Shown: positions 14,899-28,627 of the stretch, one piece after another
Layout: the number at the start of each line of letters is the position of its first letter
Numbering within the stretch: the first letter of the stretch is position 1
Origin: Octopus vulgaris
Lineage: Eukaryota
NCBI GenBank assembly: GCA_951406725.2
Contig: OX597818.1
Coordinates: forward strand, 102,486,001 to 102,550,000
DNA: 64,000 bases
Direction: 5' to 3'
The notes under the pieces: generated by a model
The model's database searches: none
The model's input: only the letters and a program-made list of their open reading frames with translations
What the model was told of the DNA's origin: nothing
Made by a program: the position numbers and the translations under genes

Positions 14899-14902
14899 GT
14901 TT

Positions 14903-15023
<121 letters not shown>

Positions 15024-15507
15024 TACAAATGTATTTAAGTATGGATATGTGTATATATGTATACATACACACACACACATATATATATATATATTTGTAT
15101 TTTCATTCGCATACAGACATGTACATAATTTTGTGACTCATGGGCATGATAGTAAGTTGTGCTATGTGATAATTAGTCACTTTCCTGTACATTTTTGTAT
15201 TCACTTCCAATCGAAGCTGATTCTTTCCGTCATTGCAACAAGAAGAGTGAATAGAAGCCTCCACAGAAATGTGTATCAATAAATCGACATTCTTCCATTT
15301 AAACGAAGAACTTTAAAAAAGGTAATCAATATTAAAGAGGGTACTATCAATATTATATGTCAGAAATTTCATGTCACATCCTTTCTTCGACATTATCAAG
15401 TGTATTAGAGTTGTAGGTCGTATCTTTTGTAGAATTATTCAATAATTACAAAAATTAATCAGGCAAGTCTATCGGATATGTATGCATAAAACGAACATTT
15501 ATCTTAC

Positions 15508-15576
15508 CTTGACAGAGTTATAATGAGCTGTAAAGTATCAAGCAGACTTTAAATGCAAGTCCATTAAATGTCATCA
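15508..15576 (-). other. Candidate 69-nt spliced exon (stops in all three frames)
   Basis: Acceptor ttttcttcttctag| and donor AAG|gtaaga. Confidence 0.3.
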
Positions 15577-15977
15577 CTAGAAGAAGAAAACAAATAAACA
15601 TATAAAATAATCGATCAGCGGTAAAGAAAATATATATATGTAGTGCTTTCTATTCTTGACAACATCTAACAAATATAAGACTCCAACCCTATAACAACCT
15701 CCCTGTATTTCATTTGATGGCTTGTATGAATATAAATGTAAAGGAGTGTAGGAATCAATACCTTATTGATTTCTCAGACTAAACAAGATCGTAAATTTCG
15801 GAAGAAGGCGCAGTCGATTAAATCGAGTTCTGAATTTTATTGTTATTTATTTTAGCAATATTAGAATTTTGGAGAGAAACCTTAAAGTATCTTGGTTCGA
15901 ACTATCGATAATTTTGACCATAAAAAAATATGCAGTTCACGTTTCCACCATTGCACCACAAATACATGTATGCATAT

Positions 15978-16008
<31 letters not shown>

Positions 16009-16698
16009 CACACACATATTGGGTTACCGAAAATAGCAGGAAACGTTCACTGTAGTGTACGCCAGTCGTACGTAAATCTTCCGTGGCTAGAGTGCACTTG
16101 ATGTGACCCTCAGGCATCAGTCTGCCGACCGGCGTCCTCTGTTGGCGTCGTACTGCCCAGTGGAGTGTCATTGTTTTGCAGTGTCCCTTCCCATGTGTCC
16201 CTCCACTGTTTTGCGATGGCAGAAACGAAGGAAAATCCTGCTTCATTGAAAATCTGTTTTCTGATGGGGAAATAAATGGTAATTCTTACTTATTAACCTA
16301 CAACACTAATCAAATATATATCTGCTACAATGGCTCGAAAATTATTAGTAAGTAGGATATCTCGTTATGGTGTTCGTAAATCAATAACAACTGACTGAGA
16401 AGTATAATTTGAAGCTATACTTTTTTCTAAGTTTACAAAAACTATTGCGTTCACATAGAATTCGAACACCATCTTATCAACAACAGACTAATGGGATGAT
16501 TAAACCTTTTTCATCCACAATGAACATATTCTGATTCTAACATGGTTGGAAACTTTGCTGATTATATTATTGGGAATTCCGTCTACTGTTAAAACAGATT
16601 TAAAGTTTTCTCCATCGTAATGTTATTATGATTCTCCGTTGACCTTACCAATATATAGATTGATAGAGAGATAGAGAGATAGATAGAAAGATAGATAA

Positions 16699-16731
<33 letters not shown>

Positions 16732-16795
16732 AAGATAGATAAATAGATACATACATACATACATAATTGTGCGTGTTGTGTGCGTGTATATGTGT

Positions 16796-17031
16796 TATTT
16801 CTTTCTTTATTGCCCACAAGGGGCTAAACAAACGGGGACAAAGAAGGACAGACAAAAGGATTCAGTCGATTACATCGACTCGAGTGAGTAACTGGTACTT
16901 AATTTATCGACCCCGAGAGGATGAAAGGCAAAGTTGACCTCGGCGGAATTTGAACTCAGAAGGTAACAGCAGACGAAGTACCGCTAAGCATTTCATCCAG
17001 CATGCTAGCGTTTCTGGCAGCTCGCCGCCTT
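16796..17031 (-). mobile_element. tRNA-derived SINE family 2
   Basis: Head ggcggcgagctgccagaaacgctag, B box gagttcaaattcc, body ggggtcgataaattaagtaccag; many copies in the window. Confidence 0.88.
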
Positions 17032-17712
17032 ATGTGTGTATATGTATATAAAGGTACATATATATATGTATGCATCAAAAGAGTACATTGGAAAAGGTTG
17101 GTAAATATTTTATGCCATGTTACACTTGTTTCCATATAGCTTAGGTGCTACAAAGTTAAACATGTAGAAAAACATTCACGGAATCTCCTATTCCTAATCG
17201 TCTAGGTAACGATTCAGAATTAAAACAAAATTGCTCCGAATTCTGCTGTCAGTTTCAATCGAGAGCATGTTGAAAGTTAGAAGGGAAAGTTAGATAATAT
17301 GAAAGATAATAATTAAGAGACTGTATGAACGAACGAGAGAAACTACATATATAACACACATATATATATACATATATGTGTGCGTATGTATGTATGTATG
17401 TATGTATATCACATACATTTACACTTCCTTTCGTAAAACCTGATATCTCTCTCACTATTCTCTTCTCCGCATTAAGGCTACGTTCCATGTGAAACACACA
17501 AGACAACAGAAGTGATCTGTGACTAAGCGCATTAATACTTTGCCTTTACAAACTGTTGAAACGCAAACTGAGCCCTATATCAACTTGGACACTGCACTCA
17601 ACACTGTTGATATCAATGATGGCATGCTATATGCTTTTCCCAGCGACAAACCGTCGCTGATCTCGAAAAAAGGAGAAATAAATTATATTAAATCTCTGAG
17701 AAAGAGTAGCAA

Positions 17713-18030
17713 TACAGAATCGTAACATATAACTGCCAACCAAGCGTAGCGTCCCATGCGGAACAGTGCTACTGACATTTATAACCTCAGGAAGACATCT
17801 CTTCCAGCTGGCTAATGACACACATTTTGTGTCCGGTTAGTATTTTCAAGGGAGGTTATCACTCCCATTTCTAGCCTTGCGTGATTCACACGGACTCGAG
17901 TTTCAGGGTGGTTATCCGTCCTCAGCATGCGTTTAGCACAGGCTACTGATGAAAACTCACACTACTCGCAAAATACTATGTGAGAATTCATCACTAGCTG
18001 CTGATTAACTCATGCTGAGGACGGGTAATC
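17713..18030 (-). mobile_element. Old copy of the 353-bp HHR element, with decayed HHR at 17887-17931
   Basis: Colinear similarity to 43897-44125 including cacacggactcgagtttc; CTGAGGA/GAAA core on the minus strand; short inverted copy at 18011-18030. Confidence 0.75.
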
Positions 18031-19789
18031 ATATATGATATGCAGTTGATTATACAAGTCTATAATTTACAATATATACTTCGTATATATTTTAATTTTA
18101 CTTATCATAAACATAACATGAAATAATGAAAAACCAAAGATTACTTAAATAAGGGAATTCGTGTAACGACCTGGTGAAATGCATCTTGTATAGAACCGCC
18201 TGAAGAAAGAAAGTTTATCTTGAAATGACACTAACAGCTGGTTATGAAGCTCCCGTCTGAATAAAGAAAATATCATGCGGATATCTGGGTGTGGTGAACT
18301 GTCCTTATTTAGAGTGAAAGTGACCAGATAAGCAAGGACCCGTTCGCTACTTGTATCCCTGAATTCCTGACCGGTATTTTTTTTTTCGAATATCCTCCTC
18401 AGGGTTTTGTATAATATTTTACAAACCTAGACTGGGTTGAGAGAAGATAATTTTGAGCATTATGTCGTTGTCAATTGCATGTGAAACGAGTGGTGTGAAA
18501 TATAGATATATGAGTTTGTTTTCGTCCCAAGTCTGCAGCAGTGGAAAAGAAACCGAATCAGCTTCAATAGTGTACAACGTTTGTTCATACAAAAAAAAAT
18601 GTATTTTTAATGTATATTTACATAACGTATATTACAGTAATAAAATAAGAATAATAGATACATACTACATAAAGTAAATATTTTCTTAAGTCGAAAAGTA
18701 AATGACTGACGTCTGGGCAAGAGAATCCATCTGAATAAAATAAAAGGATGATTTCTGTTCGGACCAAACAAATATCAAAGTTATTTGTGAAATTTTGTGT
18801 GGAAGAAGGAAAGAAAGCGAGAGGGAGAGAGAGAGAGAGAAGGAGAGACGCTGAAGAAAGACTATAGTTGTAAAGATTTTACCAATAATTATTCTTTTAG
18901 CTATTGTGACTATGCTGCCTTTAACATTTAGTACTGAATTTACGAATTTGCGTAGTGTACATATATTGTGCTAATTCTTTCGTCTGAGTTACGATATACT
19001 GTGATTATAGTAATTATAGATTTTACCTACGATATTATTTTCTGTAAATAACGTTTTGTATTCAGATTAACTTTATTTGTGTGCATATTGAAAATATATC
19101 TACACACATTTAGATGGAACAATGCTGTGAATTGTATTACAAACTGAATTTCTGCAGTCTATATCATTATCCTTCGGAACGAATTCACTTTTCCCAGGCA
19201 TAAACTTAGTAGTTTAACATATAATTTTGCAAGTTAATAATAACATTAACAGTTAAGAGGTTAACGATGTAATATTCTAGTGCAACTTCCAATAATGACC
19301 TCTAACACTCCATGGGATATTTTGAGGATTATATCAATCTTAATATTGCGAGCTAGGTTTTATAGCTACAGGTACAACGTAATGAGCACCGAAACACTAT
19401 GAACCGTATGCCGCGCAGCTCGTTATCTTCTACATATTACTGGAGGACGTCTCATCTTCAGCACGTTATCTTTCAAACATACAAACGTTGAGAGGGACTT
19501 TAATTTTGTCAAAAACCTAACAAAGCGAAATTGCTCAAGAGCGTGATCTTCTCTTTTTCCCCTTTTCCTTTCGATGAAATTTATTTGCCACGATACCTCA
19601 CTACTTATTCTTCAACTGTTTAAAGAAAATTCACTTTTGGCATTACACTGCTACGACAATAACTATAAAACAGCAGAGGGAAAACCGAAAATCGCTTTCG
19701 TAATGTTATATAATACCTTTTGCTTGTAAGTGTTCGAGGTCACAGTATTCTCCTCTGAACAGGACGCCGGTCAGTTACAGTATTCACAT

Positions 19790-19972
19790 CCAGTACTTAT
19801 ATGGGGAGGGGAAGGTCGCTTACGTTGATAGCAGTAGTTCACTTCTACTTAATTTTATCGATCTGTGGAAATGGAGGGCAAAGTTGATCACGGCGGGATT
19901 CGAACACCGAATGGAAGATATAATGCTAAGCATTTTTTCCCAGCGTATTTAAGGTTCTGCCACCATGCCGCC
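19790..19972 (-). mobile_element. Decayed SINE family 2
   Basis: ttttatcgatc...ggcaaagttgatcacggcgggattcgaac...gctaagcatt motifs. Confidence 0.65.
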
Positions 19973-20029
19973 ATACTATTTAACGTCGCCTTGATCTAGT
20001 AATTCTATATTCAACCAGATGGATATTGC

Positions 20030-20990
20030 CACCTACTACATTTGTTTAGGCACCCAACAACATTAGAAAACCATTTTGCCGATCCACATAAGAAAACACC
20101 AACTTCTAAGTTGCTTAAAATATATCTGTTACTTGTCGACACTTAAAGTTTGGAATTGCCTAATCCAAATCAGAGAATTTACAAATGTCTACAATGAATG
20201 GGCTACTTATTGCAATACTGATAAAAGCTGGTATCAAAATTCCTGTCTAGCTCCGCACAAAATTACTATACGACCTGTTGAAATATGTTAAACACGTCCC
20301 AAATTTCATGAATTGCGGACACCTCCCCACAGTACAATTTTCAAGCATTTTTGTTTTTAATTGGTCTTACTTTTACATGCGAAATAACTTCAAACTAAAA
20401 CCGATTCAGATAATTTAATTTGGGCAGTTAAAATTTTGCACAGAAGTGTCTTTTTATTAGCAATCTACAAGGATGGAGGAAGATTATATCAGGAACAAGA
20501 AATATGGTATTTGTTGAAACTTCGTGAAACATATCAAATTCTACACCAAAGAAAATGCCTTTTACTCACACAAAATAACACTCAAAGGGTTCGCTTGAAA
20601 ATGGGTTTACTTGTCGTTTACTTTTTCACAACGCTAGAGGTGCATTTCGGGAGGGGTTTTGATATCTTTATTCAAGTGTCGAATACAAAAAAAAAGGTTA
20701 ATAAGTTTCACGGACTTCTTATATCATATAACTAAAGGAACATTCATATCAGTGTTAAAACCACGTTTAACAATCAGCTCCCAATGCCCGGTGTAGTTTT
20801 GTTAATCGTGCCACATGGTTTAATACATTCTCTTTTAACCAGTAGGATAATTCACTATTTTGATGGAATTACCGTTTCACACGGGCGGGTATGCCAACGC
20901 AAATACCTTCCAGTATCATTTATCTTCCAATAAATTTTAGCAATTCTCTGTCGTCGATAAAATTGGTGTAATTTTGGTTCAAATCTATAA
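20030..20990 (-). pseudogene. Decayed Penelope-like element (RT C-terminus to linker)
   Basis: KIYWKINDTGRYLRWHTRP resembles PLE IY.KPTDT..YL...S.HP; downstream Cys-containing segment near 20320. Confidence 0.45.
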
Positions 20991-21699
20991 TAGACAATGA
21001 AACGTACTATTAATACTCTTAATAACACACATTGTCTCAACTGCACATTTGCTTGTAGCATATTCTTGATCTTTAATATTCATTTGAATGTTTCATGTGA
21101 TAGATTCTACCCTGTGCCTACTTACTTATAATGAATTCTATTCCGTTCTTATAATCACACGCTGAAAGTTATAAGCATTTTATTTACTAAATACTACCTC
21201 CATCAGGCATGATAATGTGTTTACTTCATTTTCTGTAAGCATACAGATACTTGTTACAATTAAGCACTTTGCTAGTTATATTTATTCTAACACTTATTTC
21301 TCTAGTATACCTTAAGTTCCATTAACATACAGCTATTTCATTTAATTAGCCCAATTAATGAATCATTCGCAGGAACCTTTTGATGTTAACAGGTCGTTTA
21401 CATTCTAAATGCGCAGATATTCTATTAAATTTGGGACATGCGAGCTCCATGTTTATAATACATCATAATGTGAAATATATGCTTAAGTCAGTTTTCATAT
21501 CATACATCGAATAATAATACCTCTACTCCAATATATATAAATATATATATATATATATATTAATATTGTGATAAATAGATTGTTTGTTCTTTACCTATCT
21601 GTTACGAGCGAAAGTTCATAACAATGTTATTTATACAGTAAATTCTTAAAGTATTTAATATCTCTAATATGGTTATTTAACACCTAACTGAATTACTAT

Positions 21700-21740
<41 letters not shown>

Positions 21741-22108
21741 TTGTTGTTGAAAATACACCAAAATTTCAAAAACTCGTAATTGTTTAAAATACATTGATTT
21801 ACATATATACCAAACTAGTTTCAACAATAATTTTTGTTTATCAATTGTAAAAGTTTAAAATTATGAATTACAAAAAACATCTTTAAAAGTTTCAATTTTG
21901 ACAAATTCAAATGTTTCAATATGGACAAATTAACATGTTCAAAACAGATAAATTTAGCATTATGAATTCGGAGGACAGGTGTAAGTTCGAATGTTCATAA
22001 TACTGTATATCGATTTTTTTTAATGTAAAAAGTTCATTAATGCTAGTGGTGATCGACAAGTCATACTGAGTCATACTCATTAATGCTAGTGGTGATCGAC
22101 AAGTCATA

Positions 22109-22525
22109 GGCGCAGGAGTGGCTGTGTGGTAAGTAACTTGCTAAATAACCACATGGTTGCGGGTTCAGTCCCACTGCGTGGCATCTTGCGCAAGTGTCTT
22201 CTGCTATAGCCTCGGGCCGACCAATGCCTTGTGAGTGGATTTGGTAGACGGAAACTGAAAGAAGCCTGTCGTATATATGTATATATATATATATATATGT
22301 GTGCGTGTGTGTGTGTTTGTGTGTCTGTGTTTGTCCCCCTAGCATTGCTTGACAAGCGATGCTGGTGTGTTTACGTCCCCGTCACTTAGCGGTTCGGCAA
22401 AAGAGACCGATAGAATAAGTACTGGGCTTACAAAGAATAAGTCCCGGGGTCGATTTGCTCGACTAAATGCGGTGCTCCAGCATGGCCGCAGTCAAATGAC
22501 TGAAACGAGTAAAAGAGTAAAAGAG
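22109..22525 (+). mobile_element. Full-length SINE family 1 with internal (TA)(TG) microsatellite
   Basis: tRNA-like head ggcgcaggagtggctgtgtggtaag...gggttcagtccc; aagagtaa tail; near-identical to 45361-45793. Confidence 0.92.
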
Positions 22526-22818
22526 TTAAGCGGGGACAAAAGGGAGAGCTCAAAATATTTAAAAAAAAGGAATTTGGTTTACAGTTTCTCTGATCCTTTT
22601 CCCGTAGACATTTTCGCTTGTAGTGGTATGTTTTGGGATCAGATGTATTAACATTTATTTTACCGCGAGCGGATCTGATTTTGATTCGTTGAAATACTGG
22701 TGATATTTTTGTTGGTGATCGTTCTGCTTGGATGGGTTCCCTGTGGAGACGGCCATCAGTCGTTCTGGTTGGTTTGTTCTCTTAAAGGCTCATGTCGTTG
22801 TATTTGCTCGGTTCTTCA

Positions 22819-23020
22819 GGAATACGGAATAATTACCATACGATACAGGGTGGGAAAATTCCCAAATGACATTCCTGATCGAATCGGAAAAGAATTCATC
22901 GTTGAAGTAATAAAATTCCTCCTACAGAACATTTTCTTCAATTTCAACGAAAATACTTATTGACTGGTTTCTGGCAGGGTGATGGGAACGAAGGTAGCCC
23001 CTACTTCTGCCAACCGTTTT
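22819..23020 (+). pseudogene. Penelope-like reverse transcriptase fragment
   Basis: KFPNDIPDRIGKEFIVEVIKFLLQNIFFNFNENTY*LVSGRVMGTKVAPTSAN matches the PLE RT motif region (N.F.FN...Y.Q..G.AMGT..AP..AN). Confidence 0.8.
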
Positions 23021-23401
23021 TAATATTTTCAGTTCTCCCTCGTTATTCTTCCCACTTAACTCAGTATGACTTATTTATCAAAACTAACATTAATGAACTT
23101 TGTACATTCAAACGAATTGATATACAGTTTTAATATTATTGACTGCTATAAACATTCAAACGTTCAAATGTCCTAATTCATAATACTAAATTTATCTGTT
23201 TTGATCATGTTAATTTGTCAACATTGAAGCATTTTAATTTGTCAACATATTTTTAACTTTTACCATTGATACACACAAAATATATTGTTGAAACTAATTT
23301 GGTATGTATGAAAATAAATGTATTTTAAACAATTACGAGTCTTTCAAATATAAGTGCATTGTCAGTGGAAACACCCCTTCTTTTGTTATGTATGCATTAT
23401 A

Positions 23402-23467
<66 letters not shown>

Positions 23468-23485
23468 CATATATATATACACATG

Positions 23486-23543
<58 letters not shown>

Positions 23544-23552
23544 TATATATAA

Positions 23553-23607
<55 letters not shown>

Positions 23608-24285
23608 TTCTAATATGTCTCTTTCTATCACAATAAGCTTCCGAGAGAGCATTCACACATGTCGAATGAGAAATTTCTCACGTGATATCATTCGGTGGTA
23701 TTGCTATCGTTTGCTAACACTACAGCTCCTCGTGATATCCCTTGAATTACTCGGAAGCATTTCCTTCCGAATTCCCTAAAAAAGATCACAACAATCGTCA
23801 AACCCTCGCAAACTGTGATTTAATAATCACCGGTTTGTAAATACAAATATAACTGTAATATAAACCTTTCTGTGCTTTATAATAGGAATCGCAAATTTTA
23901 CTTATACACTCCTCATTTATATTCGAAATTCTACAAAATATGCCGAGAAGTCATTCTCTGAATATTTCCTGTGTAAATATATTATTCATGTCGCTACTCA
24001 TTGCTAAAGGTGGTGAAAAGCTAAGTATAATACATAGACTACATAAACAACAGGCTGTGTGTTGAATTGATATCTCTTTAATATCCATATTCACACATCT
24101 GCACACACGCGCAATTTCGAAAACACATACGCTCACGCACACCTATATTTAGAAGCATGAGTATATACGTGTGTGTCTATACGTATATTATATATATATT
24201 TATAAATTTAAATAAGTATATATATATATAAATATATATAAATATATATATATATATATAAATATAAAAATATATATAGATATAG

Positions 24286-24316
<31 letters not shown>

Positions 24317-24432
24317 TATATGTAGTTCCCGGGTTGATACGGGGTTAACCACAGTAAGTAAGGTACTCAATACTTCCTGAAGATTTCTCTTGAATGAAAC
24401 AGTACTAGTCCTGTAGAAGCTCCTTCTATATA

Positions 24433-24489
<57 letters not shown>

Positions 24490-26480
24490 CATGTATGTAT
24501 CTATGCATACATGTGTTAAATTATGTATATCTATATGTATATGCGTGTATGTATGTATGTGTGTGTCTGTGTGAAACAAAAGTCGGACGGTGAGTGATTG
24601 TCTTGTACAGGGAAAATCCAGCCCAGTAATGAAGAATAGCATAATACAGACCAAATTTTAAGTTTTGCAGACGAGGACAATTATTTAGTGGCACCAGTTT
24701 GCCAATCTATAGCCATACGACTCCGTAGTTATGGAATTTAATACTTGAAATATTAGTGACTATATTCAAATGTCTTGTAAACGTTATTATTCTTCGACAA
24801 TGTATATTAATAAGTGCCGTTAATGCTTATTCATATTTCTTGTCTGTTTAGTATGGGGATGTATTCTTAGGAATATGGTAATCGTATATATCATATTGTT
24901 TAATGAGCTTGTGAGGAATAATAATTGCCCAACAATAGGGTAGTTTCGCTTTTTATAATCTTTACAATTCTCGTATGAGAAAAACGTAATATAGGAAATA
25001 CGAAATAAAAATAGTGGTTGATATATGTAGACAAAACACAGCGGTTTATAACGATAGCAAAATTATAACACAGATGATGCTGCAATTAATCTGAGCGTTA
25101 GTACAGAAATATATTTTATTCATTGGAACTGAAGGGAGGAGCATCGCCCATGCTTTATGTACAACGTTGGAGTTGGTTGGGAACAGTGCTAACTGTCGTC
25201 TCAAATTGTCGCATGTTGATATCTGATACAATCGGATGGATTAATAGTTAGTGACAAAAGCTCGATGCTTTTTGCAGTGGTTAATGCATAATATTAGGTA
25301 ACATAGATGAGTTGAAAGTAATTTTCGAGTTACCTTATCTTAGTAGCAGGAGAGAAAGAGGAGAAAAAGGATGATTATGCTATCAGCGAATGGAAACAGA
25401 ACAAATATAATCCGTGGGCTAGAAGCTGCAGGAGAAATTTTGGAGGCTGGAAACGTAAAATTTGAGTTAATTAATAGTAGATATTTAGTGACGCGCACAG
25501 TCTTTATCTAAACGATTCAGTTTGTTTAAGCAAAATAAACACATATGCAACAATATATATACATCTGTATAAATCGAAGGTACCACACACACACGCACAC
25601 ACACACGAACACACATACAAAAACACACACAACACCGATGCATAAACAATATGAACTGAAAACTATTATCAGTCTTTGACACATTTTCGTGATATATATA
25701 CATATATATATCGAAAAGCTGTGTTATAACACTATTCCACATATACAAAAACAGCCATACCAACAATCTAACATAGCTCCATCATTAGCTGCCACACGGA
25801 TATCATTATGGTGTCGACACCTGAGCAGTACCATTCAATCCGGTGGTGTCAACGGAACTAAAATAAATGTTGTTTAGGAATAAACAAACCAAAGAAACCA
25901 TAACTTTCAAATACATTTACCGTGTGTACAACCGTATCGGTAATTAAATTCAATAAGTGACCAATCCTTTAAGACATGCAAATATTATAATCCCCACCAC
26001 CTTCCAGAGTATAATATAAACATGAAAGTTTCAATCGTTCTTAATGCTATATATAACAGCAGAAAGAGTCGCTTCACCCTCGATAAATAAGATAATAGCC
26101 ACTCACAGTCTATCAGACGCAACCAAAGGCTAAAACACAACCAAAAAGCCAAACGTTTGCGGTGATTTTCACCTTTCTTTTCACATATCTACTGAACATA
26201 AACTTCTTATGTGTCTGTGGCATGAAATCAAAACACGAAAAAGCTGCCGAAATGTAGTGGAAAATCTTCCGAAAATTCCTTGACTTTAACGTTAAAATCA
26301 CAAACAGATCAATCTGAGCGACATTTTCTCCGTTAAAACAAAAGATTGTTTAATCAACGGCCAGCGACGTCAACATTTGCAACAGAGCTAAACGTACCTA
26401 TTAAGTTACACTTTTAAAAAATCAATTAAAAGAGAAACCTGCTAAATACGTGTATTCACACGTGCGCACGTGCGCACCCT

Positions 26481-26628
26481 ATATGTGTGTGCCTGTGTTT
26501 GTCTATGTATCTATGTATGTATCTATTTATGTATACTTATTCATATACATAAATATATATATATATATGAATAAGTACACATAAATAATTACACACATAG
26601 ATACATAGACAAACACAGGCACACACAC

Positions 26629-26632
<4 letters not shown>
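26481..26632. repeat. Imperfect palindrome centred on a TA run
   Basis: tgtgtgcctgtgtttgtctatgtatctatgt / acatagatacatagacaaacacaggcacaca. Confidence 0.85.
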
Positions 26633-26659
<27 letters not shown>

Positions 26660-27430
26660 TGTATGTATGAATGCATGCATGTATAGCTGATTATTCAATC
26701 CATTAAGAAATTGTATTGTGTATTGCTCTGTATCTTATACTCAATTCATTTTAATTTCTCTTCTCTAAAGATTAATTCCCGAAATGAAAGCTTGTATTCT
26801 CGTTCTCCTTTCACATATTTAGCTTCATAATACTAGTAAGTTGAACATTGTAGAATTGTAAATTTGTTACAGGACACACTCATAATTTTACAATCTCTGT
26901 GAAACAAATATTGCTATTTGAAAGTGTCTGTAGGATCAGTATTGCGCTGGAAAATTTTCCTTGTGACATTTAGATATAAATCCGAAACTTATGTGCATGA
27001 GTGCATGGCAACACCGTCACTATTTGATTTAAATAAAAAAAAGAGAACAAGAGATATATGCTCTTTGGTATATTTCTTCACTTCTATGTAATACAGAAAT
27101 TCTAAACTTTAAATGATTACATAGTTTTACGATAATGGTGTTTGTAACTAAATTGCTGCAGATTACGTAAAAGAGACTATAATCCCAGGAATATTGATGT
27201 TCATGAGCAATAACAACTATATCTAATTTAGTATTCTTTGATTCATTCTATGCCTTCGAAAATAATATTCTTTTCGTTGCTGAATTAAGCATCTGCTAAA
27301 ATTTTAATGTAAACAAATGGTCGTTATTTTTCTTAGCCTTAAAACACATTTGTTCTACATTGCAGAAGGCTCACTATAAATTTACACATGTGCATGCATG
27401 CATAAATACATACATACATACATACATACA

Positions 27431-27485
<55 letters not shown>

Positions 27486-27497
27486 CATATTCATAAA

Positions 27498-27819
27498 TAA
27501 CACAACGGTACCCCGTCGGTTACGGCGATGAGGATTCCAGTTGATCCAATCAATGTAATAGCCCTCTCGTGAAGTTAATGTGCAAGTGGCTGAGGGTTCG
27601 ACTGACACGTGTACCCTTAACGTAGTTCTCGGGGAGCTTCAGCTCGATACAGAGTGTGACATGACTAGTCCTTTGAAATACAGTCACAATAGAACAAGAA
27701 GAAAGGGTGAGAGAATGTTGCGGCGAAAGAGTACAGCAGGTCTCGCCTCCAGCTCTTCCTGGAGCCTCGTACAGATTTAAGTGTTTTCGCTCAATAAACA
27801 TAACACCCGGGAATCGAAA
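27498..27819 (-). mobile_element. SINE family 3 variant with a different 3' region
   Basis: Shares gcgaaagagtacagcagg...gtgttttcgctcaataaac with the 8608 copy. Confidence 0.75.
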
Positions 27820-27927
27820 GGTATATATATATATATATATACATATATATGTGTGTGTGTGTGTGTATGTGTGTGGCAGTATATATATATATATATACAT
27901 ATACACACGCACACACATATGTGTGTG

Positions 27928-27964
<37 letters not shown>

Positions 27965-28363
27965 AAGTGTGTGTATGTGTGTGTCTGTGATGGATAATAA
28001 AATGAATGGCTTACACCTGGTAATTTACTGGTATAGCAGGGTCACTTTTAATACTTTTCTTGCTGGATTGCGTGTTTATTTCTCTTTTTGCCGTATGTAA
28101 TTTTATTTTTGATCCTCTGCATAAATGTAAATATTTCCTCAGTCCGTTTTTTCTTTCTCTTTACAAAACGGAATGTTACATTGCGGAATAGTCCTTTTAA
28201 AGAGCTACATTTATTTATTACTCGACCAGATACATCTGCACCACTAGCTGCTCCTGAACAATTTCCTGAGAGTCCCACCCAAGAGGAATCAATGCTGGAT
28301 ATGTCGAAACAATTGTCGTGATTAATAATAAATTCTCGCATGTTCCCTCTTCTGTCTTTTATT

Positions 28364-28627
<264 letters not shown>

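Larger units (their letters stand above)
21765..23350. repeat. Large fold-back: ~350-bp inverted arms (21765-22072 plus 22522-22566, versus 23017-23350)
   Basis: Arms are diverged reverse complements (actcgtaattgtttaaaatacat / atgtattttaaacaattacgagt); left arm split by a SINE; flanked by TA tracts. Confidence 0.85.
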
